Shown here piece after piece: positions 47,952-59,980 of a stretch of DNA of 64,000 nucleotides. Location: IMG/VR virus record IMGVR_UViG_3300017725_002980; one strand, 5' to 3'. Source of the DNA: an uncultured virus (IMG/VR IMGVR_UViG_3300017725_002980). Lineage: Duplodnaviria; Heunggongvirae; Uroviricota; Caudoviricetes. Position 1 is the stretch's first letter. Each line of letters opens with the position of its first letter. The position numbers and the translations under genes were made by a program. Below the pieces are notes generated by a model, which was given only the letters and a program-made list of their open reading frames with translations, ran no database searches and was not told the DNA's origin.

Positions 47952-48874
47952 AGCAATTAGAAAGTACACCTTGGTTTATCTGTGATAAAGAAGATGAAAA
48001 TTACTGCGTTTATGTAGATACAGATTCTAATTATTACAATGCAGAACCTATGCTTAGAAAACTCTATCCCAACTTTGATAATATGTCAGAGGAAGAAAGA
48101 GATGAAAAGTTAGAGGATATTGCTCTTAAATATCAGGATTTAATTACTAAGTCTTACGATACGTTAGCATTAGAAGCATTTAATGTCCCTAAACATAGAC
48201 TTGAGATGAAAACAGAGTGTATGATTCGTGCTGGGTATTTTAGAGCTACCCGTAGGTATGCTCAATGGATTACTAAAAAAGAAGGTGTACCAACAGATGA
48301 TTTAGATATTAAAGGATTAGAATTTATGAAATCCAATTATCCTAAAATATTTGGAGACTTTTTTAAAGATGTGTTGCAAAGAGTTATTAAAGGAGCTCCC
48401 CAAAACGAAATAGATACCCTACTAAAAAACTTTAGGACTAAAATCCTTATAGATACTAATATTACTATATTAGGTAACCCTACTCGTGTAAAAACATTAG
48501 ATAAATATTTAGCATCATCTCCTCGTCCCGGAGAAATGTTTTCTTCAATCAACCAAGGTGCTCCTGCTCCTGTAAAAGCAGCAATTAAATATAATGATTT
48601 ACTTACATTTTGGAAGTTAGATAAACAACATTCTAAAATTACTCAAGGTGATAAAGTTAAATGGATTTATTTTAAAGAAAATCCATACAAAATTGATGCA
48701 CTTGCATTTTTAGATTTTGATCTCCCAGAAAAAATTATTACATTACTGGATAAATATGCTGATAAAAATAGAGCATTTGAGTCTATTTTAGAAAGTAAAT
48801 TACAAGGGTTTTATAACGATTTAGAATGGGAATTAAATATGAACCCCTACCGAAATCTAATTTTTAGTTTTTAA
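47948..48874 (+). CDS. Family B DNA polymerase, C-terminal part (motif C, thumb)
   Basis: YVDTDS, LEMKTE, RRYA, DIKGLE, GDKVKWIY. Confidence 0.9.
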   Translation: MKQLESTPWFICDKEDENYCVYVDTDSNYYNAEPMLRKLYPNFDNMSEEERDEKLEDIALKYQDLITKSYDTLALEAFNVPKHRLEMKTECMIRAGYFRATRRYAQWITKKEGVPTDDLDIKGLEFMKSNYPKIFGDFFKDVLQRVIKGAPQNEIDTLLKNFRTKILIDTNITILGNPTRVKTLDKYLASSPRPGEMFSSINQGAPAPVKAAIKYNDLLTFWKLDKQHSKITQGDKVKWIYFKENPYKIDALAFLDFDLPEKIITLLDKYADKNRAFESILESKLQGFYNDLEWELNMNPYRNLIFSF

Positions 48875-48875
48875 T

Positions 48876-49616
48876 ATGATAAATAAACACGACTTACAAT
48901 CAGTTATTGGAAAATATCATTTAAATGGATTAGTAGAATCTGTTAAATGGACTATTGAAAATAACGCATTAAATATTGATTTCCAATCACCTAATAAGGA
49001 TATGATTGGACGCGTTAATCACGCAAATTTCCCGTTAGAAAATGGCGAAATGGCGGTATATGATACCTCAAAATTAAATAAATTATTAGGGGTTACTAGT
49101 GGTGAATTATTTTTAGAGTTAGAAAAAACACAAAAAGTGTTTACTAAACTCATCATCTCAGATATGAATTATACTCTGAATTTTTCACTAACAGATTTAT
49201 TACTTATCTCAAGTGTAGGTGAAATTACAGAATCAGGTGAATATGAAATTATTAGTGAATTAGACTCAGAAAGTATTAATGCTATTATTAAAGCCCATAA
49301 CGCACTTGAAAGCGATAATGTAATAATTAATATTGATAAAGATTTAGATTTACAAGATGTGTTAGTTTTATCATTTGGTGATGTCTCTAATCACACAAAT
49401 AAAATCGATTATCAAGTACCTAATACAACATTAAAAGATGTTCCTTATGGAACTGAATTACCCTTCAATTCATCAATGTTTAAAACTATCCTTAATAATA
49501 ATAAAGATGCTACCAAAGCAACTATGAAAGTTAATACTAAAGGGTATGTAAAATTTGAATTTGAAGGTGAAAATTGGAGCAGTTATTATTATGTTGTGCG
49601 GAAGGCAGATATTTAA
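48876..49616 (+). CDS. Sliding clamp (T4 gp45-like)
   Basis: 246 aa, directly after polymerase, near clamp loader; size and beta-rich pattern fit. Confidence 0.65.
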   Translation: MINKHDLQSVIGKYHLNGLVESVKWTIENNALNIDFQSPNKDMIGRVNHANFPLENGEMAVYDTSKLNKLLGVTSGELFLELEKTQKVFTKLIISDMNYTLNFSLTDLLLISSVGEITESGEYEIISELDSESINAIIKAHNALESDNVIINIDKDLDLQDVLVLSFGDVSNHTNKIDYQVPNTTLKDVPYGTELPFNSSMFKTILNNNKDATKATMKVNTKGYVKFEFEGENWSSYYYVVRKADI

Positions 49617-49630
49617 TATATGTATACTAA

Positions 49631-50161
49631 AATAACATTGTAGCTAGGGCGCGCTGTTATATTTTTAATTAATCGAGTAGCTTAGGCACTCACAAAATAA
49701 ATGATATGAGTACATTAGAACACTTAGAACGTTCACCGTTCGACATCCTATTTAGGAATTTCTTCAATTCTGAAGATCAATTCGCTCCGGCGTTAAATTC
49801 AAAACAACCACATCCTTTAAACATTTATTACAACGACGAAGGTTTACACTTTGAAGTCGCTTGTACAGGACTTACTAAAGAAGATCTTGATATTAGTGTT
49901 GAAGGAGATTTACTTAAAATTAGTTATGAAAAACCAAAAGAAGATATAGATCTTTCAGGTTATATTTATCATGGTTTATCAAAAAAATCATTTGATTTAG
50001 GATATAAAATCTCTCCAAAATACAACTTAACTAAAATAAGTGCGGAAATGGAGAATGGGTTATTAAACCTTTTAATCCCAATTTCAGAAGAATCAAAACC
50101 AAAAGCAATAAAAATCAAATAAAAGTTATATAAAATAAGCGTGTCCTAGCGCAATTTTATT
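49631..50161 (+). repeat. Inverted repeat arms flanking hsp20 (49631..49655 and 50138..50161)
   Basis: aataacattgtagctagggcgcgct pairs with agcgtgtcctagcgcaattttatt: 23 bp incl. 3 G-U, one mismatch, one bulge. Confidence 0.75.
49706..50122 (+). CDS. Small heat shock protein (Hsp20/alpha-crystallin)
   Basis: EVACTG..KEDLDISVEGD.L.I, SF, AEMENGLL.L.IP. Confidence 0.9.
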   Translation: MSTLEHLERSPFDILFRNFFNSEDQFAPALNSKQPHPLNIYYNDEGLHFEVACTGLTKEDLDISVEGDLLKISYEKPKEDIDLSGYIYHGLSKKSFDLGYKISPKYNLTKISAEMENGLLNLLIPISEESKPKAIKIK

Positions 50162-50195
50162 CGTATATTTACATTAAATAAATAAAAAAATAGTT

Positions 50196-50473
50196 ATGGC
50201 TAAACCCAGCAAATCAAATTTACGTTTTATTAAGGATCCAGCATTAGCTCCTTATTATATTCAATTAGATGATCATTGTTACATTGCTCAAAAATCCTCA
50301 TTTTCTGAGTCAGGTAAGGAATATCAAAACACTATTGGCCATTATGGTAGATTAGGAGCATGTCTTGAAGCAATTGCTCGTGATAGTGTTAAATCCAAAA
50401 GTTATGATTCATTAAGAGAATTTATAGAACGTTTTGAGGCAAAATCACACGAACTTAAAAATATTATTAAATT

Positions 50474-50477
<4 letters not shown>
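50196..50477 (+). CDS. Hypothetical protein
   Basis: 93 aa; preceded by CGTATATTTA element at 50162. Confidence 0.6.
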
Positions 50478-52385
<1,908 letters not shown>

Positions 52386-52386
<1 letters not shown>

Positions 52387-52643
52387 TGAAAAAAGAAATC
52401 AAAGAACATAATGAGCTAATCGCAATTAGAGTTCCACCTGGTGACAGGTGGTCTCTAGTTGATGATTCAACAGTCCATAAAACAATTACAGATGCTTTAG
52501 AAGCTTGGTTTGCTAAAACTGGTGAAAAAGCTGAGTTTAGACTTGCTCCTCTAGAAAGTAAGTTGTATGTTATACGTAATAAAGAGGTAGAAATTAAACC
52601 ACCTCCAGTTAAAAAATATAACCTATATGGTGACCGCGACTAA
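52386..52643 (+). CDS. Hypothetical protein
   Basis: 85 aa, coupled to groEL. Confidence 0.6.
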
Positions 52644-53547
52644 AGATCACACTTTATTAGTTGAAAAGTATCGTTCTAAAGATTTAGATAGTTATGTTGG
52701 AAATGAACACATCAAAAAGACCATTAAACAATATCTCGGTCAAAATGATATCCAAAACCTTATTTTCTACGGTCCCGCTGGTACAGGTAAAACGACTCTG
52801 GCTAAGCTTATTGTTAATAACCTTGATTGTGATTACCTTTATATCAACGCAAGTGATGAAAGGGGTATCGAAACTATTAGAGACAAGGTTTCCGGGTTTG
52901 CTTCAACAGCTTCATTTAAACCACTCAAAGTGGTTATTTTGGATGAGGCAGATTTTCTTACGATACAGGCACAAGCTTCACTTCGAAATGTAATTGAGAC
53001 ATTTTCACGTACTACACGTTTTATTATGACGTGTAATTATGTTGAGCGTATTATTGATCCACTTCAATCACGTTGTCAAGTACTTAAAATTATCCCTCCT
53101 AGTAAAAAAGAGGTAGCAGTACACCTCGCTAGTGTAATGACAACTGAAGATACAGCGTATGAAATGGAAGATCTAAAAACCATTGTAAACCAATACTACC
53201 CAGATCTACGTAAATGTCTTAACACAATACAGTTATCGACTCAAAACCAAAAATTAGTTATAGATAAATCAGTATTAGTGTCATCTAATTACATGACATC
53301 AATACTTAAAGAATTAAGTAATGCAAAACCAAAATGGCGTGAAATTCGTCAAATCATTGCTAACGCAAACGTTAGTGATTTTGAAGAGCTTTATCGTTAT
53401 CTTTATGATAACGCTAATGTATATGCAAGTGGTCGTGAAGGAATGGTTGCAATTTATATCAACGAATATAGTTACCAATCCAACTTCCGTATTGATAAAG
53501 AAATCAACTGTATGGCACTCATACAAAAATTAGTTGAATTAAAATGA
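52627..53547 (+). CDS. Clamp loader AAA+ subunit (T4 gp44/RFC small)
   Basis: VEKYR, GPAGTGKTT, INASDERG, ILDEAD, SRC. Confidence 0.92.
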   Translation: MVTATKDHTLLVEKYRSKDLDSYVGNEHIKKTIKQYLGQNDIQNLIFYGPAGTGKTTLAKLIVNNLDCDYLYINASDERGIETIRDKVSGFASTASFKPLKVVILDEADFLTIQAQASLRNVIETFSRTTRFIMTCNYVERIIDPLQSRCQVLKIIPPSKKEVAVHLASVMTTEDTAYEMEDLKTIVNQYYPDLRKCLNTIQLSTQNQKLVIDKSVLVSSNYMTSILKELSNAKPKWREIRQIIANANVSDFEELYRYLYDNANVYASGREGMVAIYINEYSYQSNFRIDKEINCMALIQKLVELK

Positions 53548-53729
53548 AAAAATTCCTAAAATTTCTTATAATTTGGATTAGTCAAAATATGGCTATACCT
53601 TTTTGGATGATAGGACACGTTCATTTAAGTTTAAATATATATCAAGACTTACACGAGATAATCGCTAGTGTAGGGATGAATATTTTAGTAGCGATTGGAT
53701 TTTATTTAGATTATAAACAAAACAAATAG
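53544..53729 (+). CDS. Small membrane protein
   Basis: 61 aa hydrophobic. Confidence 0.55.
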   Translation: MKKFLKFLIIWISQNMAIPFWMIGHVHLSLNIYQDLHEIIASVGMNILVAIGFYLDYKQNK

Positions 53730-53731
53730 TC

Positions 53732-53980
53732 ATGGATCAACAACAAATGCCAAATATTGACCTTAAAAATACAGAGTCAGTAGAACACAAAAATGGAAAA
53801 GTATGGGCTCAAGGGTTCGTTATTAGGAAAATCTCTAAATTCGTAGCAGGTACTCCTGAAGACGCTTTTATGCCTATCCCAGTCTTTTATAACCCAGCTG
53901 ATGGTGAAATTTTTCAAGAAACCCTACCAAAAGAATTAAGAGATGAAACAGGTGACAACCCTCTTCGAGTGGTTGAATGA
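53732..53980 (+). CDS. Hypothetical protein
   Basis: 82 aa; RKISKF..GT..D..MPIPVF. Confidence 0.6.
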   Translation: MDQQQMPNIDLKNTESVEHKNGKVWAQGFVIRKISKFVAGTPEDAFMPIPVFYNPADGEIFQETLPKELRDETGDNPLRVVE

Positions 53981-54374
53981 GATAACTCTCTATAAAACAG
54001 CTCCTGAAGAAATTTCGCAAGAATCGTGGGATAAATGGAATTCTTACATGATACATAGATATGTATCTATGAACATAGGCTACATTGATATAGTAAATTA
54101 TGTTCAAAAGATTAATCCACAAAACAAAAAACAAATTTATTCCATCTATCGCGAAATGTTACCAAAGAAGAAAGTTTACCTCAAATATGTAAAAAACCAA
54201 AATAAAAAAAATTACCAAGAACTAGCTGAATATGTTGCTGATTATTATGAATGCTCCTTAGGTGAAGCTGATTATTATATTGATATTTTAGGCATTAGTG
54301 TTAGAAGTATTTTATGGAAAATGGGAGTAGAAGAGGATGAAACTGAAAAATTAATAAAAAAAGCATTATTATAA
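53943..54374 (+). CDS. Putative clamp loader small subunit (gp62-like)
   Basis: YMIHRYVSM, PKKK.YLKY, YYECS..EA pattern; near gp44-like gene. Confidence 0.55.
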   Translation: MKQVTTLFEWLNEITLYKTAPEEISQESWDKWNSYMIHRYVSMNIGYIDIVNYVQKINPQNKKQIYSIYREMLPKKKVYLKYVKNQNKKNYQELAEYVADYYECSLGEADYYIDILGISVRSILWKMGVEEDETEKLIKKALL

Positions 54375-54383
54375 ACAAGTTAT

Positions 54384-55058
54384 ATGAATTATTTAAATAC
54401 CCCCAATGGATGGGAAATAGTTAAAGAAGAAGGCTTTAATTGGGGCTCTATAGAAAATATTAACGCTAGACGTCAGGTATACCAAGAAGTTTGGGTAAAT
54501 AAATTATATGAAAAAATATTTGAGGTTGAAGAAGGAGATATTGTTATTGATTTAGGTGCTGGTATTGGTGATTTTACTTGGAGTATTAGAAATAATAAAC
54601 CCCAAGCTATATACTGTTTTGAACCCGGTGCAGATTCTCAAAAATCTCTTCCTCTCTTAAAAGAGAATACATCTCAAATTCCAAATTGTTTTATTATTGA
54701 AAAATTTATGTCTAGTATTGATAATAAAAATAATATTACTTGGGATACTTTTTTAAAATCTAATCATTTAAATAAAATTGATTTTGTAAAAACTGATTGT
54801 GAAGGAGGAGAATATGAAATTTTTAAACCTGAAAATATTTTTTGGGTAAAAGAAAATATAAAAAAAATAGTAGGTGAATGGCATCTATCAACACCAGAAT
54901 TAAAATCAAAATTTAGGATTTTTAGAGATACATATTTAAGATTATTTCCTAATCATGAGGTTAATTCGGTTAATGGTGTAGACATTAAATGGGATTTATG
55001 GAATGAACATTTTATTGAATATTATAACGAAGTAATAATTTATATAGATAATAGATAA
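54384..55058 (+). CDS. FkbM-family methyltransferase
   Basis: VIDLGAGIG, FEP, IDFVKTDCEGGE, GEWH. Confidence 0.8.
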   Translation: MNYLNTPNGWEIVKEEGFNWGSIENINARRQVYQEVWVNKLYEKIFEVEEGDIVIDLGAGIGDFTWSIRNNKPQAIYCFEPGADSQKSLPLLKENTSQIPNCFIIEKFMSSIDNKNNITWDTFLKSNHLNKIDFVKTDCEGGEYEIFKPENIFWVKENIKKIVGEWHLSTPELKSKFRIFRDTYLRLFPNHEVNSVNGVDIKWDLWNEHFIEYYNEVIIYIDNR

Positions 55059-55393
55059 TGATGAAATCAAGTGAAATTATTAAAAAAGAATATCCTCATA
55101 TTTACAATGGTTATATGGATATCATGGAAGAGCAGCTGGAGTTATTCAGTAAAAAACATCTGGACTATGGTATGGCTAATATCAGTGCTGGGACTTTACT
55201 TTCTACTAAAGAAGAAAGGGCTTTTGCTCTTACAGGACTTTGGTATAGAATAAGTGATAAAATTAGTAGATGGAAAAATTTATTAATTACTAATAAAGTT
55301 ATTAATAACGAACCTCTAACAGATACTTACCAAGATATTGTAAATTATGGTATCATTGCTCAATTAGTTGAGCGTGGTTTATGGAAAAAATAA
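55058..55393 (+). CDS. DUF1599 / nucleotide-modification-associated domain protein
   Basis: KHLDYG..NI, RISDKISR, DTYQDIVNYGII. Confidence 0.7.
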   Translation: MMKSSEIIKKEYPHIYNGYMDIMEEQLELFSKKHLDYGMANISAGTLLSTKEERAFALTGLWYRISDKISRWKNLLITNKVINNEPLTDTYQDIVNYGIIAQLVERGLWKK

Positions 55394-56748
55394 AATTAGT
55401 TATATTTGATTTAGATGGTGTTTTAGTTGAAGCTAAAACCATCCATTATGATGCTCTAAACCAGGCGTTAGGTAAAGACTATACTATTAGTTGGAATGAA
55501 CATCTATCAGTTTATGATGGGTTAAAGACTAACCAAAAATTAGAAATGCTTACTGAACGTAAGGGTTTACCTACAGAATTACATTCTAAAATTTGGGAAA
55601 GTAAACAAAAATATACACTTCAAATGCTTAAAGAACTTCAGCCGGATGAAACATTACAATCTGTAATGAATTCTCTAGTTGAGTGTGGTTATAAAATTGC
55701 TGTATGTTCTAATTCAATACGAAAAACTGTATTAACAGTTCTATCTAAATTAGGGATAATGGAGTTTATGGATTTAGTTATATCTAATGAAGATGTAAAA
55801 AATTCCAAACCTCACCCTGAAATGTACTGGAAAGCAATATCAATGATGAGTTGTTTACCTGAGGAGACATTAATCGTAGAAGATTCACCTTATGGTTTGT
55901 TAGCAGCATCTCGTTCTAAATCTCATGTATTAAGAGTTACTAAACCTCAGGATGTTACTTATGATAATATTTTTAATAAATTAACAGAAATAGAAAAAGG
56001 CCAAATTATGAAATCCCCAGCATGGAGAGATAATAAACTAAATGTATTAATTCCAATGGCGGGTGCTGGTTCTAGATTTACGCAAGCAGGGTATACCTTC
56101 CCAAAACCTCTTATTGATGTTCAAGGAAAACCAATGATCCAAGTAGTAGCTGAAAATTTAAATATTAAAGCTAACTTTATTTACATAGTACAAAAAGAAC
56201 ATAGATTAAAATATAATTTAGATACTTTACTTAATTTAGTTACACCAAATTGTAAAGTTGTAGAAGTTGATGAATTAACTGAGGGAGCAGCGTGTACCGC
56301 ATTATTAGCTAAAAATTTTATTGATAACAATTCACCCTTATTCTTTGCTAACTCAGATCAATTTGTAGAATGGGATTCAAATGAATTTTTTTATAAAATG
56401 AATGAAACTGAAGTTGATGGGGGAATTGTTACATTTAAATCAACTCATCCAAAATGGTCATTTGCCAAAACTGATGATCAAGGATTTGTAACAGAAGTTG
56501 CAGAAAAAAACCCTATATCTGATTTAGCAACAGTAGGTTTTTATTATTGGAAACATGGTTCTGATTTTGTTAAATATGCTGAACAAATGATTAATAATAA
56601 TATTAGAGTAAATGGTGAATTTTACGTTTGCCCCGTATATAATGAAGCTATTCAAGACAACAAAAAAATTATAACCTTTAATATTCCCAAAATGCGGGGA
56701 TTAGGTACTCCTGAAGATTTAAAGTATTTTTTAGAAAATTATAAATAA
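55381..56748 (+). CDS. HAD phosphatase fused to sugar-phosphate nucleotidyltransferase
   Basis: FDLDGVL, KPHPE, VEDS; IPMAGAGSRF, PKPLI, NSDQ, EFYVCP, LGTPEDL. Confidence 0.85.
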   Translation: MEKIKLVIFDLDGVLVEAKTIHYDALNQALGKDYTISWNEHLSVYDGLKTNQKLEMLTERKGLPTELHSKIWESKQKYTLQMLKELQPDETLQSVMNSLVECGYKIAVCSNSIRKTVLTVLSKLGIMEFMDLVISNEDVKNSKPHPEMYWKAISMMSCLPEETLIVEDSPYGLLAASRSKSHVLRVTKPQDVTYDNIFNKLTEIEKGQIMKSPAWRDNKLNVLIPMAGAGSRFTQAGYTFPKPLIDVQGKPMIQVVAENLNIKANFIYIVQKEHRLKYNLDTLLNLVTPNCKVVEVDELTEGAACTALLAKNFIDNNSPLFFANSDQFVEWDSNEFFYKMNETEVDGGIVTFKSTHPKWSFAKTDDQGFVTEVAEKNPISDLATVGFYYWKHGSDFVKYAEQMINNNIRVNGEFYVCPVYNEAIQDNKKIITFNIPKMRGLGTPEDLKYFLENYK

Positions 56749-57071
56749 TGGATATTTTAAAACTAAAAGATATGGTTGGTGGTTGGTTTGTAGGTGATTT
56801 TGAACCTACAGCTTATAAAACTAAAGATTTTGAAGTAAGTTATAAAACCCACCCTAAAGGAGAAGTATGGGATAATCATTATCATAAAATAGCTACAGAA
56901 ATTAACTATCTAGTTCGCGGTAATATGAATCTAAGTGGGACTCACCTAAAAGAAGGTGATATATTCATACTACACCCAGAGGAAATAGCTGTTCCTGAAT
57001 TCTTAACAGATTGTGAAATAGTCTGTGTTAAAACAGCAAGTGTAAAAGGAGATAAATATATAGTAGAATGA
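56748..57071 (+). CDS. Cupin-like protein
   Basis: GWFVGDFEP, HYHKIATE, GDKY. Confidence 0.65.
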   Translation: MDILKLKDMVGGWFVGDFEPTAYKTKDFEVSYKTHPKGEVWDNHYHKIATEINYLVRGNMNLSGTHLKEGDIFILHPEEIAVPEFLTDCEIVCVKTASVKGDKYIVE

Positions 57072-58153
57072 ATATAGTTATACCAATGGCGGGTTTAGGA
57101 ACTCGATTTTTTAATGAAGGTTTTACATTACCTAAACCATTAATTGAAACTAATGGTAAAACACTTATTGAACATTCAATTTCAACATTAGGGGTTCAAG
57201 GAAAATATATTTTTATAACTCGTAAATATGATAACCCTGAGCATAATGTACTTTTAACTAAACGTTTAAATGAAATTCAACCTAATAGTATTGAAATCCA
57301 ATTAAACGAACCTACTAAGGGTGCTACTGAAACTGCTTTAGCAGCTAAACAATATATTAATAATAATGAACCTCTTATTATTACTAATTGTGACCAAATT
57401 ACAGATTGGGATGCTTCTAAATTTAATGAATTTATTTCTAACCCTACTATTGAAGGAGTAATAGTTACCTACCCTTCTACTAATCCTAAAAATAGTTTTG
57501 CTATAGTAGAAGATGATCAAGTTGTAAAACTAGTTGAAAAGAAAGCAGTATCAGATATAGCTTTAATTGGAGTCCACTATTGGAGAGAAGGGTATATGTT
57601 TGTAGAAACAGCTGAAATGCTCTTAGGGGATTTTGAAGAAGAAGGCAGACCTGAATGTTATATATCAGAAACATATAACTACTTACTCTATAAAGGAGCT
57701 AATATTAAAAACTATCATATCTCAGCTAATGAATATATTCCATTAGGTACTCCCTATGATCTAAAAATTTATGAGGGTAAAGTAAAAGAATTCCATACTG
57801 AAAAACCTAAAACTATATTCTGTGATATAGATGGTACCTTAGTAAAACACGCTCATAGATTTAGTGATTTAAAAGATACTAAACCTGTATTACTTCCAGA
57901 TGTTAGAGAGAAATTTAATCAATGGGATTCTCAAGGCCATAAAATTATTTTGTGTACTGCTCGTAAAGAATCTGCTCGTGAAATGACTGAATCCCATTTA
58001 CAAATGTTAGGGTTATGTTGGGACATATTAATTATGGGAGTTACTAGTGGACAACGCGTTTTAATTAACGATAAATTAAATGTAGCACATACTGATAGAG
58101 CAATAGGAATCAACGTTATAACCAACGAAGGTTTTAAAAATATAGAATTATGA
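57068..58153 (+). CDS. Nucleotidyltransferase fused to C-terminal HAD-like domain
   Basis: IPMAGLGTRF, PKPLI, NCDQ, LGTP; FCDIDGTL, CTAR, INDK. Confidence 0.82.
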   Translation: MNIVIPMAGLGTRFFNEGFTLPKPLIETNGKTLIEHSISTLGVQGKYIFITRKYDNPEHNVLLTKRLNEIQPNSIEIQLNEPTKGATETALAAKQYINNNEPLIITNCDQITDWDASKFNEFISNPTIEGVIVTYPSTNPKNSFAIVEDDQVVKLVEKKAVSDIALIGVHYWREGYMFVETAEMLLGDFEEEGRPECYISETYNYLLYKGANIKNYHISANEYIPLGTPYDLKIYEGKVKEFHTEKPKTIFCDIDGTLVKHAHRFSDLKDTKPVLLPDVREKFNQWDSQGHKIILCTARKESAREMTESHLQMLGLCWDILIMGVTSGQRVLINDKLNVAHTDRAIGINVITNEGFKNIEL

Positions 58154-58590
58154 AATTAATATCACATAGAGGAAACCTAGAAGGTCCTAACCCAGAAAGA
58201 GAAAACCACCCAGATTATATTTATGAAGCTATCCAAGCTGGGTATGACGTAGAAATTGATATTTGGTTTGTAGATGGGAAATTTAAATTGGGTCATGATG
58301 AACCTCAATATGATTTTCCTTTTGATTTATTTAGTAATTTTTATACTAAACTCTGGATTCATTGTAAAAACTTAGAATCTCTTTCTCAATTAAATAACTT
58401 AGATAGTAATGGCTCTAAATTAAATTATTTTTTTCATGAAGGTGACCTTGGAGTTTTAACTTCAAAAGGGTATATTTGGTCAACAAACCAATGTGAACGA
58501 GCGGTTTTAGTAATGCCTGAAACCTTTAATCAAGAACCAAATGAAAAAACATTTGGGGTTTGTAGCGATTATGTAGTAAACTATAAATAA
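58150..58590 (+). CDS. Glycerophosphodiester phosphodiesterase-like protein
   Basis: ISHRGN, EN, DVEIDIW, LGHD, WIHCKN, GVCSD. Confidence 0.75.
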   Translation: MKLISHRGNLEGPNPERENHPDYIYEAIQAGYDVEIDIWFVDGKFKLGHDEPQYDFPFDLFSNFYTKLWIHCKNLESLSQLNNLDSNGSKLNYFFHEGDLGVLTSKGYIWSTNQCERAVLVMPETFNQEPNEKTFGVCSDYVVNYK

Positions 58591-59201
58591 TGCCTATAAA
58601 CCAAAAATATAATTTACTATTTATCCATATTCCTAAAAATGCTGGTACAACTATTGAAAATATTTTCTCTATGTATAGTAATCCTAGCAGCTTATGGTCA
58701 GGAAGTGAATTAGTTTTAGATGAGGGTAATTTTGCCCCCCAACATTTAAATTATAGTTTACTTAATAAGTATTATACTAATATAGACTTTTCTAAAATGA
58801 TTAAGTTTACCTTTGTTAGAAATCCTTATTCTAGAACTATTTCTTTATTTAATTGGAATTTAAAACAGAATTATTATAAACCTAAATTTGATAATAAATT
58901 TACTAATAGAGAATTTGAAAATTTTTTAGTAAGTTTTATCTCAAAACTAGACTCATCACATAAATTACCTCAAAGTTTTTATTTTGATTGTGATTATGAC
59001 TTTATAGGTAAAGTAGAAAACTTTAAAGAAGATTTTACTAACTTTCTAACTAAATATAATATTGCTATAAAATATAAAGGCCAACATGATAATAAAACTA
59101 ATAGTAACCAAATTTTAAATAATTTATCTTCGAAAAATATTAATCTAATTAATACTTTATATGAAGAAGATTTTAAAAGGTTTAATTACGATATGATATG
59201 A
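58590..59201 (+). CDS. Sulfotransferase family 2 protein
   Basis: FIHIPKNAGTTI (5'-PSB), FVRNPYSRTIS (3'-PB), YEEDF. Confidence 0.85.
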   Translation: MPINQKYNLLFIHIPKNAGTTIENIFSMYSNPSSLWSGSELVLDEGNFAPQHLNYSLLNKYYTNIDFSKMIKFTFVRNPYSRTISLFNWNLKQNYYKPKFDNKFTNREFENFLVSFISKLDSSHKLPQSFYFDCDYDFIGKVENFKEDFTNFLTKYNIAIKYKGQHDNKTNSNQILNNLSSKNINLINTLYEEDFKRFNYDMI

Positions 59202-59980
59202 AAATAGCAGTTGTAACAGCTACTTATCAACGAGGTGACGGTAATACCCCATTAGTATTAACTCGAGCTATTGAATCTTTAAAAAAACAAGCCCACACTG
59301 ATTGGAAGTTTTTCCTTATAGGAGATGCTTATGCAGATCAAAATGAATTTAATTCTTTTTCTAATCTTCTACCTTCTAATAAAATTTATACAGAAAACCT
59401 CCCAGTAAGTATAGAACGTGAAAAATACCCTCCAGGCACTGATAGATGGCATGTTAGTGGAATTACCCCTGTAAACATAGGTATAGAACGTGCTTTAGAA
59501 GAAGGTTTTGATTATATAGCTTTATTAGATCATGATGATCTTTGGTATCCTGACCATTTACAATTAATAAATGAAGGAATTAAAAAAACTAAATCCCCAT
59601 TTATCTTTACTAGAGGATTTTATGAAGTTTCTAATGGAATAAGTGTAGGTATACCTTACCATGGGTATGAATCTGAAAAATTCGAACAATTACGTGTTAA
59701 TGTAGATAATCCTATTAAATTAAATTATGGTTTTAACGGGTATGCTTGCTTTCCTTATGAATGTATTTTCCTTAAAACCTCAGTTTGTTTAGATTGTAGG
59801 TTAATTAAGTTAAGAATGAGAGATTGTTTAGAAGAAACTGGAAAAAGTTCTGTGGGAGATGCTGATTGGTGGTTAAGAATTAGAGAAGAAATGATAGAAG
59901 GTAAATATAAACCTGCTTTATTTATAGACCATATTACGTGTGCTAATATAGATGAAGGGTATAGTAAAACTAACACATAA
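59198..59980 (+). CDS. GT2 glycosyltransferase
   Basis: VVTATY, AIESL, YIALLDHDDLW. Confidence 0.8.
   Translation: MKIAVVTATYQRGDGNTPLVLTRAIESLKKQAHTDWKFFLIGDAYADQNEFNSFSNLLPSNKIYTENLPVSIEREKYPPGTDRWHVSGITPVNIGIERALEEGFDYIALLDHDDLWYPDHLQLINEGIKKTKSPFIFTRGFYEVSNGISVGIPYHGYESEKFEQLRVNVDNPIKLNYGFNGYACFPYECIFLKTSVCLDCRLIKLRMRDCLEETGKSSVGDADWWLRIREEMIEGKYKPALFIDHITCANIDEGYSKTNT

Noticed and set aside
49675..49691. CIRCE element upstream of hsp20 (ttaggcactc)
   Set aside because: Half-sites are imperfect, in inverted order and lack the 9-nt spacer
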